Shown here: one piece after another, positions 60,301 through 64,000 of the stretch
How positions within the stretch are numbered: position 1 is the stretch's first letter
Layout of the letters: each line of letters opens with the position of its first letter
NCBI RefSeq assembly: GCF_036971445.1
Contig: NC_091473.1
Coordinates: forward strand, 185,194,001-185,258,000
DNA length: 64,000 bases
Source of the DNA: Narcine bancroftii
Lineage: Eukaryota
Direction: 5' to 3'
Notes under the pieces: generated by a model
Told to the model about the DNA's origin: nothing
Databases searched by the model: none
The model's input: only the letters and a program-made list of their open reading frames with translations
Position numbers and translations under genes: made by a program

Positions 60301-63300
60301 ATCCCCCAATGAGGGTCCGTGTGTGGGACCCATACACCAATGAGGGAATGTGTGTGTGGGACCCATCCATCAGTGAGAGACTGTGTGCGTGGAACTCATC
60401 CCCCTGGAGGGTCCGCGTGTGGGACTAATCCCCCGGTGAGGTTTCGTTTGTGGGACCCATCCCCCAGTGAGGGTCATTGTGTGCTCTTCAAAACCCACAA
60501 TGAGGGTCAGTGTGTGCTGGTGACATCCCCTAATGAGGGTCCGTGTGTGGGACACATACACCATGAGGGACAATGTGTGTGGGTCCCATCACCATTGAGG
60601 GTCAGTGTGCATGGGACACATCCCCCAGTGAGGGTCAGTGTGTGCTGGTCACATCCCCCATTGAGGGTCCGTGTGTGGGACTCATCCCCCAGTTTGGATC
60701 AATGTCTGTGGCTCCCATCCTTCAGTGAGGGACAGTGTTGGTGGGACCAAACCCCCAGTGAGTGTCCGTGTGTGTCACATCCCCTGATGAGGACAATATG
60801 TGTGGGACACATTCCCATTTGAGGGTCCTTGTCTTGATCTCGTACTCCAGTGAGGGTCCATGTGTGGGACCCATCCCCTCACTGATGGTCAGTGTGTGTG
60901 GGACCTATCACCCAGAGAGTGTCCGTTTGTGGGATAAATCTCCCATTGAAGATCCGTATATGCTGGTCACATCCCCAAATGAGGTTTCGTTTGTGGGTCC
61001 CATCCCCCTGTGAGGGTCCACCTGTGGGACTCATTCCCCAGTTTGGATCAGTGTGTGTGGGTTACATCCCCCAGTGAGGGACAGTTTTGGTGGGACCAAA
61101 CCCCCAGTGAGTGTCCGTGTGTGTCACAACCCCCAGTGAGGACAGTGTGTATGGGACACATCCTCAAGTGAGGGTCTTTGTGTTGATCTCGTCTTCCAGT
61201 GAGGGTCCATGTGTTGGACGTATCCCCCATTGAGGTTCAGTGTGTGTGGGACCCATCCCCCATGAGGGACAGTGTGCGATGGTGCCATCCCCCATTGACG
61301 GACAGTGTGCATGAGACACATCTCACAGTGAGGTTCCATGTGTGGGACTTATCCTACATTGAGAACAGTGTGTGTGGGACCCATCCCCAAGTGAGGGTCC
61401 TTGTGTTGGTCTCGTCCACCAGTGAGGGTCAGTGTGTGCTGGTCACATCCACTAATGAGGGTCCGTGCGTGGGACCCATACCGCATGAGGGACAATGTGC
61501 GTGTGTCCCATCCCCCATTGAGGGTCGGCGTGTGGGACTCATCCTCCAGTGAGGGACTGAGTTTTGGTCCCATCCCCCAGTGAGGGTCCTTGTGTGGCAC
61601 CCGTCCTCCAGTGAGGGTCCGTGTGTTGGTCCCATACCCCAGTGAGGGAAAGTGTGCATTGGACCCATCCCTCTGTGAAGGTGCGCATGTGGGACTCATC
61701 CCCCAGTGTGGATCATTGTGTGCGGGTCACAACCACCAATGAGGGAGAGTGTGCTTGAGACTAAACCTCCAGTGAGTGTCCGTTGTATGTCACGTCCGCC
61801 AGTGAGGACAGTGTGTGTGGGACCCATCCCCAAGTGAGGGTCCTTGTGTTGGTCTCATCCTCCAGTGAGGGTCAGTGTGTGCTGGTCACATCCACTAATG
61901 AGGGTCCGTGTGTGGGACCATACCCCATGAGGAACTATGTGCGTGGGTCCCATCCCACATTGAGGGACAGTGTGCATCGGACCAATCCCCAAGTTAGGGT
62001 CAGTGTGTGCTGGTCACATCCCCCAATGAGGGTCCGTTAGTGGGACCCATCCCCAAGAAAGGGTCTGTGTGCGTGGGACCTATCCCCCTGTGAGGGTCCA
62101 TGTGTGGGAATCATACCCCAGTGTGGAACAGTGTGTGCGTGTCACATCCCCCATTGAGGGACAGTGTTGGTGGGCCCAAACTATCAGTGTGTGTCCGAGT
62201 GTGTCACGTCCTCTAGTAAGGACAGTGTGTGTGGGACCCATCCCCAAGTGAGCGTTCTTGTGTTGGTCTCGTCCTCCAGTGAGGGTCCGTGTGTGGGACC
62301 CATCCCCAGTGAGGGACAGTGTGCGTGGGACCCATCCCCAAGTGAGGGTCCGTGTGTGGGACACACCCCAGTGAGGGACAGTGTGTGCGGGACACATACC
62401 CCATCAGGGTCCATGTTTGAGACACAGTGTGCATCGGACCCATCCTCCAGTGAGTGTCAGTGTGTGCTGGTCTCATCCCCCAATGAGGGTCCGTTTGTGG
62501 GACCCATCCCCCAGTGAGGCACCTTGTGTGGGACCGTCCAGTGAGGGTCGATGTGTGGGACCCATCCCCCAGTGAGGGTCCTTGTGTGTCACATCTCCCA
62601 GTGAGGACAGTGTGCGTGAGACCCATCCCCAAGTGAGGGTCCTTGTGTTGGTCTCGTCCACCAGTGAGGGTCAGTGTGTGCTGGTCACATCCCCCAATGA
62701 AGGTCCGTGTGTGGGACACATACCCCAGTGAGGGACAGTGTGTGTGGGACACATACCCCATCAGGGTCCATGTTTGAGACACAGTGTGCATCGGACCCAT
62801 CCTCCAGTGAAGGTCAGTGTGTGCTGGTCTCATCCCCCAATGAGGGTCCGTTTGTGGGACCCATCCCCCAGTGAGGGACCTTGTGTGGGACCGTCCAGTG
62901 AGGGTCGATGTGTGGGACCCATCCCCCAGTGAGTGTCCTTGTGTGTCACATCTCCCAGTGAGGACAGTGTGCGTGAGACCCATCCCCAAGTGAGGGTCCT
63001 TGTGTTGGTCTCGTCCTTCATTGAGGGTCCGTGTGTGGGATACCTCCCAAAGTGAGGGCCAGTTAGTGTGGGACCTATCACTCAGTGAGTGTCCGTTTGT
63101 GGGACACATCTCTCATTGAGGATCCGTGTGTGCTGGTCACATCCCCCAATGAGGTTTCGTTTGTGGGACCCATCCCCCAGTGAAGGACAGTGTGTGTGGG
63201 ACACATCCCCCAGTGATGGTCCGTGTGTGGTACTCATCGCCCAGTGAGGGACAGTGTGTGTGGGTCCCATTACCCAGCGAGGGACTGTGTGTGAAGAGAC

Positions 63301-64000
63301 CCATCCCTCTGTGACAGTTTGCGTGTGGGACTCATACCCCAGTGAGGGTCAGTATGCATGGGACACATCCCCCAGTGAGAGTCACTATGTGCTGGTCACA
63401 TCTCCTAATGAGGGTCCGTGTGTGGGACCCATACCCCATGAGGGACAATGTGCGTGGGTCCCATTCCCCATTGAGGGACAGTGTGCATGGGACCCGTCCC
63501 CCAGTGAGGACAGTGTGTGTGGGACCCAACCCCAAGTGAGGGTCCTTGTGTGGGTCTCGTCCTCCAGTGAGGTCCGTTTGTAGGACCCATCCCCCCCACT
63601 GAGGGTCAGTGTGTGTGGGACCTATCACCCAGTGAGTTTTCCGTTTGTGAGACCCATCCTGCAGTGAGGGACTGTGTGCGTGGGACCCATCCCCAAATGT
63701 GGGTCCTTGTGTTGGTCTCGTCCTCCAGTGAGAGTCCGTGTGTGGGACCCATCCCCAAGTGAAGGTCTGTGTGTGTAGGACCTATCACCCAGTGAGTGTC
63801 CGTTTGTGGGACACATCTCCCATTGATGGTTCGTGTGTGCTGGTCATATACCCCAATGAGGTTTCGTTTGTGGGACCCATCCCCCAGTGAAGGACAGTGT
63901 GTGTGGGACACATCCCCAAGTGACGGTCCGTGTGTGGTCCTCATCCCCCAGTGAGGGACAGTTTGTGTGCGACCCATCCCCCAGTGAGGGACTCTGTGTG
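54305..64000. repeat. Degenerate 31-33-bp satellite (GACCCATCCCCCAGTGAGGGACAGTGTGTGTGG) with higher-order duplications; runs off the window
   Basis: Roughly 300 monomers. Duplicated blocks at about 55620-56860 and 59410-60620, about 55100-55390 and 59110-59410, and a 357-bp tandem at 62370-63000. Confidence 0.97.

Noticed and set aside
54214-63977. Cys/His-rich repetitive ORFs resembling zinc fingers or keratin-associated proteins
   Set aside because: Translations of the 31-33-bp satellite with frequent frame changes; no C2H2 spacing or TGEKP linker.
54305-64000. CRISPR-like periodicity of about 33 bp
   Set aside because: Contiguous degenerate monomers without unique spacers, in eukaryotic context, with no cas genes.

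Overview
Vertebrate genomic DNA, most likely from a cartilaginous fish (shark or ray). That taxon is inferred from HE1/V-SINE-like SINEs, an HER1/CR1-type LINE 3' end and an expanded GPR139-like receptor family. Layout: a hAT transposon end (to 345), then an 11.6-kb C/T-rich 14-bp satellite (346-11932). A tandem array of five two-exon class A GPCR genes related to GPR139/GPR142 follows (about 11.9-46.1 kb); copies 1 and 5 are intact (315 aa each) and copies 2-4 are pseudogenes. The array is interleaved with SINEs, L1, CR1 and Rex1 fragments and a solo LTR. After a 100-N gap come a 2.1-kb internally deleted Gypsy-type LTR element with an apparent self-priming PBS, a DPM3 gene (ZNF143/ETS promoter, +1 frameshift in this sequence), small VNTRs, and a 33-bp satellite from about 54.3 kb to the end. 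Most ORFs in the supplied track are repeat artefacts. The best candidate novel system is the birth-and-death GPR139-like receptor cluster: minimal termini, no N-glycosylation sequons and a charge-swapped ligand pocket. Its mosaic duplication history can be read from TE insertion markers. All alignments and counts were done by eye.
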